Positions 17,985 to 28,370 of a stretch of 64,000 nt of DNA are shown here, in pieces (the stretch's first letter is position 1; each line of letters opens with the position of its first letter). This stretch comes from a virus (taxonomy: Duplodnaviria; Caudoviricetes): IMG/VR virus record IMGVR_UViG_3300032007_000001; one strand, given 5' to 3'. Under the pieces are notes generated by a model, which saw nothing but the letters and a program-made list of their open reading frames with translations, ran no database searches and was not told the origin of the DNA. The position numbers and the translations under genes are program-made.

Positions 17985-18896
17985 ATGAATAAAGAAACTA
18001 TTGAACGAATTAGGACAAACCAAGAAGAACAAAAAAAGAGAATTATTTATTGGAAGAAACATTGTTTTGAAACAATCGAAACACTTACAAATCTATTAAA
18101 AGAAAATTACAATGTTTTCAAAAATATGTTAGACTCTCAAAGTCTACGTACAAATAAAAAACAATTTAATAAACTCAGTAGCGTCATGCCATTAGAAACG
18201 TTTGACGATTTTACTGAGTTTTTATATTTGAAATGTGAAAAAGCCGGCAAAATGAAAAAACATAAATATGGGGGATATTCCTATATTTTGTATAATGATG
18301 ATTTGTATTTTCTTAATATTATGAACGGAGATATTAGAATAACACAATTTGGTCTTGTATCGTCAATACCGGAAGAAGACAATGATTTTGTTCCATTCAA
18401 TATAAAAGAATATGGATTGGATTCATTGGAAGATTTAATATTCAAAGGCGAATTAAATAAAGCGTTAGACAATATTTGTTATAAATATGATATTAAAGTA
18501 ACAATCAATAAAGAACTGGACCCAGAAGAATATTACGTAACAGAACATGCTGTAACGCACAATATGACAGATAAAAACGATGCACATGGACTAAAAAGAA
18601 TATGTCTTTTATATTTAAGCCATGGATTTGCAATAACACAAAAACCAATATTCTGCAATCTTTCTCATAGATTAAAAGCTTGGGAACGAGCCATACAAAA
18701 TATGACATATGATGGTTTTCATTATTCAAATAAATCAAGAGATAGAATTTTCCTAAAAGATTCAATAGTAAAGGTATTTATAAATCAAGATATAATGACT
18801 TTCATAAGAAGAGAAAATGGATTGTTTGAAACACCAAAGAAAAATATAAAAATAGAAAAAGGACACGGTGCAGTCCATGTAGAAACAATCGAATAA
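17985..18896 (+). CDS. hypothetical protein
   Basis: 303 aa ORF, GAGG RBS, downstream terminator. Confidence 0.8.
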   Translation: MNKETIERIRTNQEEQKKRIIYWKKHCFETIETLTNLLKENYNVFKNMLDSQSLRTNKKQFNKLSSVMPLETFDDFTEFLYLKCEKAGKMKKHKYGGYSYILYNDDLYFLNIMNGDIRITQFGLVSSIPEEDNDFVPFNIKEYGLDSLEDLIFKGELNKALDNICYKYDIKVTINKELDPEEYYVTEHAVTHNMTDKNDAHGLKRICLLYLSHGFAITQKPIFCNLSHRLKAWERAIQNMTYDGFHYSNKSRDRIFLKDSIVKVFINQDIMTFIRRENGLFETPKKNIKIEKGHGAVHVETIE

Positions 18897-18927
18897 CAAA
18901 AGGAGAGGCTAAAAAGCCTCTTTTTTA

Positions 18928-18956
18928 TTTACACGATTTTCAAAATGTATTATAAT
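18928..18956 (+). promoter_or_regulatory. early-type promoter
   Basis: TTTACA-N17-TATAAT. Confidence 0.65.
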
Positions 18957-18968
18957 TGAAAAAAACAT

Positions 18969-19313
18969 TTGGAGAAAACTATGACAATATCTCATGATAA
19001 AATTGATTTTTATGATATTTATAGAAACGATTACATGTTGTTTGGATTATTGCATTGTGTACAAATTACATTTGTAAAAAAAGATAATCAAACAAAATCT
19101 TTTATTTCTATTGTAGTATATGGGAATGATGAAATAGCTGAAATTAGAAATAAAAATAAAGACTGGTGTTTCGAATTGCTTAAAGAAGATGAAATTTTAG
19201 TAGATATAAAAAGCGAAAACAAGGAAACACCAATATACGATGTTGAAACATTAATACATGACATGACTAATTTTTCATTAAAAGATAATATCAAATATAT
19301 AGCAGGATTTTAG
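18969..19313 (+). CDS. small Gly-X-terminal family protein (start likely 18981)
   Basis: ends IAGF. Confidence 0.7.
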   Translation: MEKTMTISHDKIDFYDIYRNDYMLFGLLHCVQITFVKKDNQTKSFISIVVYGNDEIAEIRNKNKDWCFELLKEDEILVDIKSENKETPIYDVETLIHDMTNFSLKDNIKYIAGF

Positions 19314-19315
19314 TC

Positions 19316-19606
19316 ATGAAAAAGTTAGAAGAATTCTATACTTTTGAATTTATCAATTCTCATTTCAAAATTATAGTAAACATGACATTGCGAAATGATG
19401 AGCTTGTGTTTTTATATAATTGCGATTTGGTGTTTCCATATGATAGATACTCTACAATTGATGATATTCTTCAAGAAATTCATATGACTGCGTGTGAAGG
19501 AAGAATGAAAGAAGATACTAGACAATTCTTAAATAGATATGCACCAAGACTTCTTAAATATATAAATATTTATATGAAACAACAAAAAAAGATATATGGG
19601 GTATGA
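19316..19606 (+). CDS. small Gly-X-terminal family protein
   Basis: ends IYGV. Confidence 0.7.
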   Translation: MKKLEEFYTFEFINSHFKIIVNMTLRNDELVFLYNCDLVFPYDRYSTIDDILQEIHMTACEGRMKEDTRQFLNRYAPRLLKYINIYMKQQKKIYGV

Positions 19607-19877
19607 CATGTCAAACCAAACGCTTTTTATTAATGTAGAACATCATTTATTTATATTACAATTTATGTTAAGAGCTAATCAATGCCAAAATATATACCAA
19701 AATGTATATATGTATTTTCTTCCAGACGTTTTTATTACAGAAAAATTTTTGAGAGAATCATTAAGAGATTTTAGAGAATATAAAGAAACATTTAACGTGT
19801 TATGTAATTTTGAAAATTATTTATTAAATAAAATCAATTGTGAAATAAAAAAATCAATGAAGTGGTATGGATTATGA
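19596..19877 (+). CDS. small Gly-X-terminal family protein
   Basis: ends WYGL. Confidence 0.7.
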   Translation: MGYDMSNQTLFINVEHHLFILQFMLRANQCQNIYQNVYMYFLPDVFITEKFLRESLRDFREYKETFNVLCNFENYLLNKINCEIKKSMKWYGL

Positions 19878-20170
19878 GAGTAGTGAGATATACTTTTCCA
19901 GGGTCTAAATATGAAAGTTTTACCACCAGAGTCGGAGAACTGGAAATAGATGGTTACGTTAAAAACAACAAAATAAAACTATTTGTATCTGATTGGATAG
20001 ATTGTAAAAAATATGTATTAACTTCTCCAACTCACATGAATGAAAATTTCATGGAACATAAAAAACTTTTTGATTATGAACGCTTGCAACTCCCAAACAA
20101 AAAAATAAAAGAATATGAAAAGTGTGTTAATGAATTTATAAATGGAATGGCTATTTATTATGGGTTATGA
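19862..20170 (+). CDS. small Gly-X-terminal family protein
   Basis: ends YYGL. Confidence 0.7.
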   Translation: MVWIMRVVRYTFPGSKYESFTTRVGELEIDGYVKNNKIKLFVSDWIDCKKYVLTSPTHMNENFMEHKKLFDYERLQLPNKKIKEYEKCVNEFINGMAIYYGL

Positions 20171-20475
20171 AAATGATTAGAAAAACAAATAATAGTTACG
20201 TAGAAAAAATTTCATATGAAGACAATAAAATTACAATTTTCATTTCTACAATTATGAAAAATTCATTTTCTATAGAATTAACTAACATAAAAGGAAATGC
20301 AAAACAAAAGAAATTATATCTAATGGATGCTCCTTTTATGGAAATGATAAATTTGGATAAACACAACAAAACACTTTCAATTATTCCAATAAATTTAAGC
20401 AACAAAACATTAAAAACATATAACGATTTAATTAACAACGCAATCAAAAAATTATCTATATATTACGGATTATGA
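20167..20475 (+). CDS. small Gly-X-terminal family protein
   Basis: ends KLSIYYGL. Confidence 0.7.
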   Translation: MKMIRKTNNSYVEKISYEDNKITIFISTIMKNSFSIELTNIKGNAKQKKLYLMDAPFMEMINLDKHNKTLSIIPINLSNKTLKTYNDLINNAIKKLSIYYGL

Positions 20476-20487
20476 GGAGATGTATGC

Positions 20488-20781
20488 ATGCTAGAATCAA
20501 TTCAAAAAATTAAAAACTATCAATTGTATTCGTTTATGGAGCAAATTAATGAAAAATTTTTTAGCGTATCTTTTGCAGTATTTGATTCCGGTTCTATACG
20601 CGTTAACATTTCACAATATAAATCTCTATATAAAAAGCATCTATTAAAATCAATCAATTTCACATCAGAAAATTTCACTAACTTAATTTCTATAAAAGAT
20701 TCAATGTTTGAAGGTAATGAATTCGATATTAAAATTGCTTTTGAAAACGCATTGGAAGAATTTTTGGAGTTAAAAAAATGA
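20488..20781 (+). CDS. hypothetical protein
   Basis: GAGGAG RBS. Confidence 0.7.
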   Translation: MLESIQKIKNYQLYSFMEQINEKFFSVSFAVFDSGSIRVNISQYKSLYKKHLLKSINFTSENFTNLISIKDSMFEGNEFDIKIAFENALEEFLELKK

Positions 20782-21071
20782 TTTTAAGAAAAATTATAGA
20801 CGGGAACAATTACACAATAGCATTATATGATTTTTATTATGAAAATGCTTTATGTTTCTATATAGAAAGAAAAAATGCTCATTTTGTAATGGTACAAACA
20901 TCTCCACAAAAACACGATACTTTAATTGATAAAACAAATTTATCTAACTTTATATATAAACAGTTATTAAATCAAGAATTGGGAGTATTCACTGGATTTG
21001 AAAAGGATTTAGCCAATGACTTGGCTTCTTTTTATCCATTAACAAAATATATAATAAAAATAGGACTTTAA
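20778..21071 (+). CDS. Gly-X-terminal family, FYPL subfamily
   Basis: ends FYPLTKYIIKIGL. Confidence 0.72.
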   Translation: MILRKIIDGNNYTIALYDFYYENALCFYIERKNAHFVMVQTSPQKHDTLIDKTNLSNFIYKQLLNQELGVFTGFEKDLANDLASFYPLTKYIIKIGL

Positions 21072-21118
21072 GAAAATAAAAAAAGGCCACACATAAAAAT
21101 GTGTGGCCTTTTTTTGTG

Positions 21119-21349
21119 TTATTCTGGATAAATAAAACCAAACCGTTTTTCTGCTTCTACCTTTGCTTTGTCAAAAGACATATAAGCCTCACCATACGTT
21201 TCCTCTACTATCGGAGAATCAGGATTCAGCATATCTGTGATAATATATCCTGCCCATCCGGCCTCAATTTTTATTTTTTGGTTGTTATGACAAAATATCC
21301 CAGTTTTCTCGATTTGGTCTTTTACTTTTTGGTAATTACCAGGAATCAC
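21119..21349 (-). CDS. hypothetical protein
   Basis: GGAGG RBS. Confidence 0.7.
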   Translation of the reverse strand: MIPGNYQKVKDQIEKTGIFCHNNQKIKIEAGWAGYIITDMLNPDSPIVEETYGEAYMSFDKAKVEAEKRFGFIYPE

Positions 21350-21372
21350 AAATATACCTCCTCTTCAATCGT

Positions 21373-21558
21373 TTATTGGATTTCTACAAGTTCATATTCT
21401 GGTTTGATATACGTGCGACCGGAAAACATCTGAATCTCATAACCATTCCCATCCGCAGGATTAGGCATGAGTTCTGCCGGAATAACACTATTGATTTTAC
21501 CGAGAATATGTGTTGTAATAATACGAACTACTTGACCAGGCAAAAACATACATTTCAC
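21373..21558 (-). CDS. small SH3/KOW-like hypothetical protein
   Basis: PGQVVRI..GKI..YEIQ pattern; GGAGG RBS; promoter 21575..21603. Confidence 0.6.
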   Translation of the reverse strand: MKCMFLPGQVVRIITTHILGKINSVIPAELMPNPADGNGYEIQMFSGRTYIKPEYELVEIQ

Positions 21559-21622
21559 CTCCTTTCATGGTTATATTATACCATAAATCGAGGAAAATGT
21601 AAATAGTTTTGTGCAATTTTAT

Positions 21623-21943
21623 TCAAAGGCCAACCGTATTTTTACAAAAATTTTCAGAAAAAAAAATTAGTTGGTTTTCTATAAAATCATAATCTTTACA
21701 ACTTGAACGCGAAATATTTTTATTGTTAAGAGAAGACATGACATTAACGATAATATGTTTTTTATTATTTGTATTTTGATATTTATTAAAAAAATCAAAC
21801 GTTGCATTCCCAGAAATCATTTTATCATTAAAAATAATTGTATAGTACAATACAAAAATATTATTGTAACGCGCTTGATTGCGAATTCTTCCAGAAAGAA
21901 TAATCTCAAGATTTTTTGATTTTATTGTTTTTCCAACATACAT
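21623..21943 (-). CDS. small Gly-X-terminal family protein
   Basis: ends TVGL. Confidence 0.7.
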   Translation of the reverse strand: MYVGKTIKSKNLEIILSGRIRNQARYNNIFVLYYTIIFNDKMISGNATFDFFNKYQNTNNKKHIIVNVMSSLNNKNISRSSCKDYDFIENQLIFFSENFCKNTVGL

Positions 21944-21962
21944 AATTATTTCCCCTTATCTA

Positions 21963-22256
21963 TCATAATCCACTTTCTTTTACAAGCGCTTTTACAAAAG
22001 TCAACAACACCCCTTTTGTAATTGGATGTTGTTGTGATATGGCATTAATTGAAAAATCCTTTTCATGTATCCTGTCTAAAACCATATCAGAAATATCAAA
22101 ACGGTCACAAACTCTAGAAAAATCAATTGATTTATGATTTTTAGGAATTCTAAAAACAGAAATAACGATGCTTCTATTGAATGTATCGAAAAAAAATGTA
22201 TAAATATATTTTTTTGATTTTACGCCGTAAACCTTTCCATTGTGTTTGATATACAT
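21963..22256 (-). CDS. small Gly-X-terminal family protein
   Basis: ends ESGL; paralog of 22556 and 22841. Confidence 0.7.
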   Translation of the reverse strand: MYIKHNGKVYGVKSKKYIYTFFFDTFNRSIVISVFRIPKNHKSIDFSRVCDRFDISDMVLDRIHEKDFSINAISQQHPITKGVLLTFVKALVKESGL

Positions 22257-22266
22257 ATTTTCTCCT

Positions 22267-22566
22267 TTACAGCCCATAACATTTTTTACAAACAATCTTA
22301 TAAAAATCATATAAGGAATTTATAAGAAACGTTCTATCATATTTATGGTTTTTCGCTTCATGTGCAATAATGCTAAAAACTGTATTTTTTATTTGCTGAA
22401 AATTGCAAACGATAAAATTTACATAAAAAGAATCCGCAATCCTTTCATCCTCATATACAAACGTATAAAAAAACGTTTCATCTATATAAGACAAATACAA
22501 AGATGAAATGTTATCTCTATAAACATAAGAAAGATTGCATCCACCGGTTCTCATGTTATTCTCCAT
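22267..22566 (-). CDS. small Gly-X-terminal family protein
   Basis: ends CYGL. Confidence 0.68.
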   Translation of the reverse strand: MENNMRTGGCNLSYVYRDNISSLYLSYIDETFFYTFVYEDERIADSFYVNFIVCNFQQIKNTVFSIIAHEAKNHKYDRTFLINSLYDFYKIVCKKCYGL

Positions 22567-22837
22567 TATATAATGTCAATTTATTTCTAAATTTTACAAA
22601 AATATCTTTTTTGATTGGATGACTTTTAGCTATATAAGAAAATGAATAATTTTGCATATTTATGCAATCCAATATTTTCGTTGAAATTATAAACGTATCA
22701 ATCAACAATTTACATCTTTTTGTAATATCATAAATATTTATATCAAAACAATCCAAATTTGGCAAATATGAAAACACGTACATACGTTGTTTGTTCTTGA
22801 TGTATATTATTTTTTTTGCAAAATCTTTTATGTACAT
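22556..22837 (-). CDS. small Gly-X-terminal family protein
   Basis: ends YNGE. Confidence 0.7.
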   Translation of the reverse strand: MYIKDFAKKIIYIKNKQRMYVFSYLPNLDCFDINIYDITKRCKLLIDTFIISTKILDCINMQNYSFSYIAKSHPIKKDIFVKFRNKLTLYNGE

Positions 22838-22840
22838 GAT

Positions 22841-23176
22841 TCACAACCCGCTTTCGATACGAAGCATGTTTTGAAATTTCATAAAGATATTTTTCTTAAC
22901 CGATAAGACATTTTCCATTTCTTTTATATTAAGTTTTTTTATATGACCAAGAAAAAAAACTGGCACTTTTGCATTTTCTTTATTTATATAATTGAAATAC
23001 CAAATTGGTATTTCAAAATGAGAAACATGCTCAAGAAAAAAATAATTGGACAAATTGCTTTTGCATAATTTGCTAATATTAACAACAACACTATTTGTTG
23101 CTATACTGAAACCGAACGAATAAGAATAATTATTTTCTTTTATTGAATATCTCTTTCCCCATTTTGTAATATACAT
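22841..23176 (-). CDS. small Gly-X-terminal family protein
   Basis: ends ESGL. Confidence 0.7.
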   Translation of the reverse strand: MYITKWGKRYSIKENNYSYSFGFSIATNSVVVNISKLCKSNLSNYFFLEHVSHFEIPIWYFNYINKENAKVPVFFLGHIKKLNIKEMENVLSVKKNIFMKFQNMLRIESGL

Positions 23177-23177
23177 T

Positions 23178-23486
23178 TCAAAAACCACTTTCAAATTTAA
23201 TATTATTTATAAGTTTCTTAAAAATATTTTTTTCAGTACGACAAATAGTTTCGATTTTTTTCATTTCAAATTTATTTTTTGAATGAATTACAATATGGAC
23301 ATCATTATTTGATATAATATATGTATGTTTATGCGTGCGATTTATTACGACATCATTATCCTTATCAATATCATAAATAACTATAATAATAGCATTTGCG
23401 TTATAAAAGCCAAAATGATATTCTTTATTTCTTTGCTGAACTATATGTAGTTTTTCTCTGCCTAATATATATTCGTACATAATCAA
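23178..23486 (-). CDS. small Gly-X-terminal family protein
   Basis: ends ESGF. Confidence 0.7.
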   Translation of the reverse strand: MIMYEYILGREKLHIVQQRNKEYHFGFYNANAIIIVIYDIDKDNDVVINRTHKHTYIISNNDVHIVIHSKNKFEMKKIETICRTEKNIFKKLINNIKFESGF

Positions 23487-23743
23487 ATCAACGGGAAAGA
23501 ACCCGCTCTCTCCTTATCAAGTGCCGCAATCATGATACGAGATGCACGAACGGCGCATTCATTTCTATCATCTGTATATTCTTTATTTGCCATTTCGCGA
23601 AGAAATGCAACGCAAAGCCTTACAAGAGATTGCTGCGTAGTTGGGTGGTCGTTGGCAAGATACTTTGCGAATACTTTATCTTTGCATCCGAAACTATCTG
23701 CATACAATGACATTGCTTTTGTAATTTCTTTTTCGCTATACAT
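23483..23743 (-). CDS. conserved phage hypothetical protein
   Basis: HPTTQQS..DDRN motif; AGGAG RBS. Confidence 0.75.
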   Translation of the reverse strand: MYSEKEITKAMSLYADSFGCKDKVFAKYLANDHPTTQQSLVRLCVAFLREMANKEYTDDRNECAVRASRIMIAALDKERAGSFPLI

Positions 23744-23760
23744 AGTTATTCTCCTTTCAC

Positions 23761-24180
23761 TTAACGACCAAACCTTTTACGACTTTCCATTTCCATTCTA
23801 ATTTTCTTTCTTCTATTAAGTCGTTCTATTTTTTCCAATAATTCTCTATCTTTTTCTGAATAGTGGTTTCTTTGTTTTGGATAATAAAAAACATCAAAAA
23901 TACTGTAACTATAAAGATGTATTTTTCCTTGTTCTTTTCTTACAACGACTGGTTTTATATCGTTATACCAATCAGTAAATCCAACGACAAAAAATTCGTC
24001 ATCTTTCATTGAATTAAGTTGTTTACGACGTTTCTTGAAAAAATCTTCTATTCTTTTTTCATTGATGCTATGGATAAAATGCATTTCTGTATTTTCCCAT
24101 TGCTTTTTGAGCCAATTTTCTTCTGCTATCTCTTCAAGAAATTCATTTCCATCTACAAATTCAAAATTTTCCATAATCAT
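23761..24180 (-). CDS. hypothetical protein
   Basis: ORF in operon. Confidence 0.7.
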   Translation of the reverse strand: MIMENFEFVDGNEFLEEIAEENWLKKQWENTEMHFIHSINEKRIEDFFKKRRKQLNSMKDDEFFVVGFTDWYNDIKPVVVRKEQGKIHLYSYSIFDVFYYPKQRNHYSEKDRELLEKIERLNRRKKIRMEMESRKRFGR

Positions 24181-24319
24181 ACACCTTAACCTTTTTACGA
24201 TTATAGATTTTTTTACTTTGCTTAACGCGGGTTACGGGGGAGAATCCCCAAACAACTCTTTTTGAGACGTCTGCCTCGCGTTTTGCTTTTTTTGATTTTT
24301 TACTATACGAAACAAACAT
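24161..24319 (-). CDS. small basic protein
   Basis: GGAGG RBS; WG..PVTRVKQSKKIYNRKK. Confidence 0.7.
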   Translation of the reverse strand: MFVSYSKKSKKAKREADVSKRVVWGFSPVTRVKQSKKIYNRKKVKVYDYGKF

Positions 24320-24332
24320 CTCTTTTTCCTCC

Positions 24333-24677
24333 TTAATAAGTTCTTGCACAAATGGGATTGCTCGTCAGCACCGCCATTTTACGAATTGCAACAACGTCCT
24401 TGAGCATTCTTCTTCCTTTAGCATAATCAACACCATCAATCGACATAACGAATCCATACGTATACATCGACGGGAAAAACTCGAAAAAGCGATGAAATGC
24501 TTCGTAATCGCTGACATTGCTATCGTCCCAAGAATACACCTTCACTCTCGGCATTTCGTCGCCAATCCTAACATTTGCTGCCATAACATTTGCCTTGTCA
24601 AAAAATCCACTCCAATGATTCTTATTCATGCATTCGTATTCATCTTCGTTCCTGATTACAAGCTTAGCCACAAACAT
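24333..24677 (-). CDS. hypothetical protein
   Basis: GAGGAGG RBS. Confidence 0.75.
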   Translation of the reverse strand: MFVAKLVIRNEDEYECMNKNHWSGFFDKANVMAANVRIGDEMPRVKVYSWDDSNVSDYEAFHRFFEFFPSMYTYGFVMSIDGVDYAKGRRMLKDVVAIRKMAVLTSNPICARTY

Positions 24678-24690
24678 TTTCCGTTCCTCC

Positions 24691-25227
24691 TCAATTATTT
24701 TTGTAGTAAATGCTTTCGCAAAGGTAATTCAAAACATAAAGGAGATTCCTTGTTACGAAAGTATTGTACAAATATTTCTTCATTCCATACGGCATCTTCA
24801 CAGTGATTCGCTTGTCACCTTCATGAAGCGTTTTATTATATTCTTTTTTATCTTCATTTTCAATACCATGATTGTAAATGATGTTGTGCATATTGATATT
24901 GTCAAATTTGATTTCAAAAGGTTTGTTTTTATATTCACCAATTACTGTGAAAACAAATCCAGAAGTATATTCTCCAGTCGTTTCAGCCGAAATTGTCTGA
25001 ATCTTTACATCATCATTTTTATAGAATATATTACTCAACGTAATGAACGTACCAGCTTTTTCGATGCCTTTGCCATCACTATGCAAAATACAAACATCGC
25101 AAGAGATATCTTTGCCTTCATCACTAGTTACGTACTCTCTGAACTTTCCAATGATTCCACAGCGAGGAAGTTCACCAACATATTCGTTGTACAACTTCTT
25201 ACTATACTTGAACGCTTTGCTAATCAT
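24691..25227 (-). CDS. hypothetical protein
   Basis: AAGGAGG RBS; promoter 25257..25285. Confidence 0.75.
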   Translation of the reverse strand: MISKAFKYSKKLYNEYVGELPRCGIIGKFREYVTSDEGKDISCDVCILHSDGKGIEKAGTFITLSNIFYKNDDVKIQTISAETTGEYTSGFVFTVIGEYKNKPFEIKFDNINMHNIIYNHGIENEDKKEYNKTLHEGDKRITVKMPYGMKKYLYNTFVTRNLLYVLNYLCESIYYKNN

Positions 25228-25356
25228 ATATTCTAGCCTCCTTTTATCTTAATGCTATTATACCACAAATCATTAAAAATGTAAATAACTTTTAACATAA
25301 AATTTTTAAGAAAAATAAAGATATATCTTATATAGAAAAAAGATAGGAGATGCACT

Positions 25357-26481
25357 ATGAACGTTATAACAAAAAATTTAATAGCATCTTTGCACAAAAC
25401 AGCTATGAATGACGAAACATATTTCGATTCATTGAAAACAACAAACAAAGAAAATGAATTATCTATAGGAGAACTGGTAGACGAAGTCATAGAAAACTCC
25501 TATAACGACTGTGGATTTAATTTAACAGAAAAGTTTTTCAATAAATATGACAATACAAATAACGATAAAATTGATTACGAACAATTCATAGCAAATACAA
25601 AAGCTTACTTCAAAAAATCAAAAAAGAACATAATAGAAAAATTCGTAAAAATATATATAGATATGTATGACGAAAAAGACAAAAACGTTATAAAATCTAT
25701 GAAAAACTATCTAAACAGAAATTTCGAAGTAATAACGGAAAGAGTCGTTAATTATCAAGTTCCAGACTTATATGCATTAAAGAATCTAATCAACGACAAT
25801 ACAGACAAAGATTACGAAAAAATCAAAGACAAAGTCAAAAAAGCATATGATGATGTAAAAAAGATTTTAGAAAAAGAAATGCCAGACTTGCAGCTTGCGA
25901 AATTAAAAGATAGCGATATCACCATATTAGAAGACGATAGTTATGGAGAATCGAATAGCTACATAGAAGATGGAGAAACTCACTGTACTATTGCCATTGG
26001 CCGTTCGCTTTTGTCTCGTGGCGAAAGCGTACTTATGAATACCATATACCATGAATTATGCCATTGTATTGTAGGACAAGGCGAAGAAGCTGACAAAGCT
26101 TGGGAAGACGGAAAATTCAAAAATAAAGAAGACGATTATCAAGACATGGCCCATAGCGATAAGATATGGAAAGACGTATCAAAACTGATTTCTGATAAAA
26201 CCGGCTATGACATACAACAAAATGCCGCCGAATATGAAAATAAAACAAAGAAATTAAATCATAATCATGAAGCTTCCATAGTATGCTATAACTGTGGTTG
26301 GTTTGATATATATGAAACGTTTGATGATGACTGCGAAAAAGCAGAAAACAATAACTTCTCTTGTCCTGAATGTCATTCATCCGATACAAAAATCATATAT
26401 CCAAATGAAAATGAATTAGCTATTATTGATGATGCTATAGCACATGCAAACTTAAAAAAATCGGGGAAATTGGAGATGTAA
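25357..26481 (+). CDS. SprT-like zinc metalloprotease with C-terminal zinc ribbon and KxA-type leader
   Basis: HELCH..H..W motif; CYNCG..CPECHS; leader MNVITKNLIASLHKTA. Confidence 0.75.
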   Translation: MNVITKNLIASLHKTAMNDETYFDSLKTTNKENELSIGELVDEVIENSYNDCGFNLTEKFFNKYDNTNNDKIDYEQFIANTKAYFKKSKKNIIEKFVKIYIDMYDEKDKNVIKSMKNYLNRNFEVITERVVNYQVPDLYALKNLINDNTDKDYEKIKDKVKKAYDDVKKILEKEMPDLQLAKLKDSDITILEDDSYGESNSYIEDGETHCTIAIGRSLLSRGESVLMNTIYHELCHCIVGQGEEADKAWEDGKFKNKEDDYQDMAHSDKIWKDVSKLISDKTGYDIQQNAAEYENKTKKLNHNHEASIVCYNCGWFDIYETFDDDCEKAENNNFSCPECHSSDTKIIYPNENELAIIDDAIAHANLKKSGKLEM

Positions 26482-26485
26482 TTAT

Positions 26486-26689
26486 ATGAAAAGATTAATC
26501 AAAGCTGAAAAAACATTTGAATTACTTGATTTACTAAAGAACGCCAATTCTCAAATCAAAGAAGTCCAAAACGAATTAAGAAAGAACAGCAATTACGATT
26601 TTAGCCAAGAACTGAAAGACTTGAATCGCGTAAGAGACAATCTATATATAATTTTTGTCAATATCAAAGAAAAAATAGAAGAGGCATAA
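26486..26689 (+). CDS. MKRLIKA-leader protein
   Basis: GGAG RBS; leader motif. Confidence 0.72.
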   Translation: MKRLIKAEKTFELLDLLKNANSQIKEVQNELRKNSNYDFSQELKDLNRVRDNLYIIFVNIKEKIEEA

Positions 26690-26690
26690 T

Positions 26691-27080
26691 ATGAAACGTC
26701 TTATCAAAGCAGAACGATTAAACGACAATCTTGAGGTCTTGCATTTCAATTTGTGGTTTACTGTCATAGAAGAAGATTCCAGCAAATACAATCATAATGA
26801 TATGAATAATGCTGTTTCAAATACTTGGCTTACAAAACATGACATCGAACGTTTCCTAAAACATTTTGAGAAAAATGATGTGCCAGTAAAAAATATTGAA
26901 ATAACTTCTATCAATAATGATGAAATAACATTTGATGTTATATGTGAAATTGGAAAGGTCGAAACAGATTTTTTGGTTAATAAATTCAATTATTATTACG
27001 ATGGCACACAAACACAAAATTTTGGCACTACAGATGAATGTGTAGCAGTATTTGATGAAGTTATATGTTCTTCAAAATAA
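26691..27080 (+). CDS. MKRLIKA-leader acidic protein
   Basis: GAGG RBS; leader motif. Confidence 0.75.
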   Translation: MKRLIKAERLNDNLEVLHFNLWFTVIEEDSSKYNHNDMNNAVSNTWLTKHDIERFLKHFEKNDVPVKNIEITSINNDEITFDVICEIGKVETDFLVNKFNYYYDGTQTQNFGTTDECVAVFDEVICSSK

Positions 27081-27104
27081 AGAAAGCACCCAATGGGGTG
27101 CTTT

Positions 27105-27818
27105 TTATTCGTATATATTTTTTGATTTTTTGCTGTCAACATATTGAAATACTGGTCTAAAATTATATGTAAAATTATAATACAATATAACTTTATTCCA
27201 TGTGTTCCAATGTCCTTCACTTATATATGATTCTATTGAATTACTACTTTGTTGTTTTATTTTTTCATCTTCAAATGATGAGTTAATATTTTTTGTGTTT
27301 ATTGCCGAATAAGCCGCACCACCGCCATACATTCCAACAGCTGATTGCGTCTTAAATGTCAGGTCATTAAAAAATCTATGAGACGAATTTGAAGATTTGT
27401 TATTTTGTATATGCTCTCCTTGTGCTGTAAATGTATAAGTCCACGTGCCACTCTTATCTGTTGGTGTAATAAATATTGTAATAAACGAATCTTGCTGAAA
27501 AGATGTAAAACCATATCCTTTATTCATTACGCCTATACCAACAGAATTATCATAATGCCATACATTAATATTTGCCGCTGTAATGGACCCACCCAATGTT
27601 CCAGTTTTTATATTTTTTTCGTATTCATCATTTGACATTATTCTAACAGATATTAAAGACATTAAATTTTTATTATTTTCATCATTTTCAATTGATATAT
27701 TTTCAAGAAGAAATGCTTTCAATGTTTCCAAATCTTCTAGCGTACTTGCGTTTTGTATGTCATCATATTCTTTTTCTGTAAGATTCTTTGAAGATAGTTT
27801 ATATGACAAAATATTCAC
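27105..27818 (-). CDS. FRPVFQY family variable protein (CLec-like frame)
   Basis: VRIMSNDEY..GSIT..NVWHY..FRPVFQYVDSKKSKNIY. Confidence 0.8.
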   Translation of the reverse strand: MNILSYKLSSKNLTEKEYDDIQNASTLEDLETLKAFLLENISIENDENNKNLMSLISVRIMSNDEYEKNIKTGTLGGSITAANINVWHYDNSVGIGVMNKGYGFTSFQQDSFITIFITPTDKSGTWTYTFTAQGEHIQNNKSSNSSHRFFNDLTFKTQSAVGMYGGGAAYSAINTKNINSSFEDEKIKQQSSNSIESYISEGHWNTWNKVILYYNFTYNFRPVFQYVDSKKSKNIYE

Positions 27819-27893
27819 CTCTAAAAACCATAGCTATTATTAAAATAAATCTAAAAAATCAAAAAATAAAAGAGAGGATTGATTCCTCTCTTT

Positions 27894-28202
27894 TTAATAT
27901 CCGTAATATTTCTTATATATAAAATGATAAAAGTCACTCAGGTACACTTCAACGTCACTCAAACACTTGTTTTTTATCTCTTCTTTTATGTCATCTATAC
28001 TTTCGTTTATGTTATTCAATATCCTTCGTTTCAATTTCAAGAAATTATAATCATGAAATAAATCAACTTCAATGTTGCTACCGGCGTGTTTGGATAACTG
28101 ATAATTCAAGAAAAATGTATAGGAAAAAATCCTAATATTACCATAATATGAAGTAATAAAAAAATATACTGTCATATTATTATTTTTATATATCTTTTCC
28201 AT
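27894..28202 (-). CDS. small Gly-X-terminal family protein
   Basis: ends YYGY. Confidence 0.7.
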   Translation of the reverse strand: MEKIYKNNNMTVYFFITSYYGNIRIFSYTFFLNYQLSKHAGSNIEVDLFHDYNFLKLKRRILNNINESIDDIKEEIKNKCLSDVEVYLSDFYHFIYKKYYGY

Positions 28203-28205
28203 GAA

Positions 28206-28370
28206 TCAATACCCAAAATCTTTCAAAAACATTTTCCTTAGCCTTACATATATTCCGCTATCGTTCTTCTTACACGTTTCTTCGAATACTTTGTCTATCG
28301 TTATGTTCGTATAAGCAAAAAACCCAAACCAACAGACAAAGTACTCTACTGACTTTTCTCTATTCGTCAT
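28206..28370 (-). CDS. 54-aa Gly-X-terminal family protein (not in ORF track)
   Basis: MTNREK...LKDFGY*. Confidence 0.55.
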   Translation of the reverse strand: MTNREKSVEYFVCWFGFFAYTNITIDKVFEETCKKNDSGIYVRLRKMFLKDFGY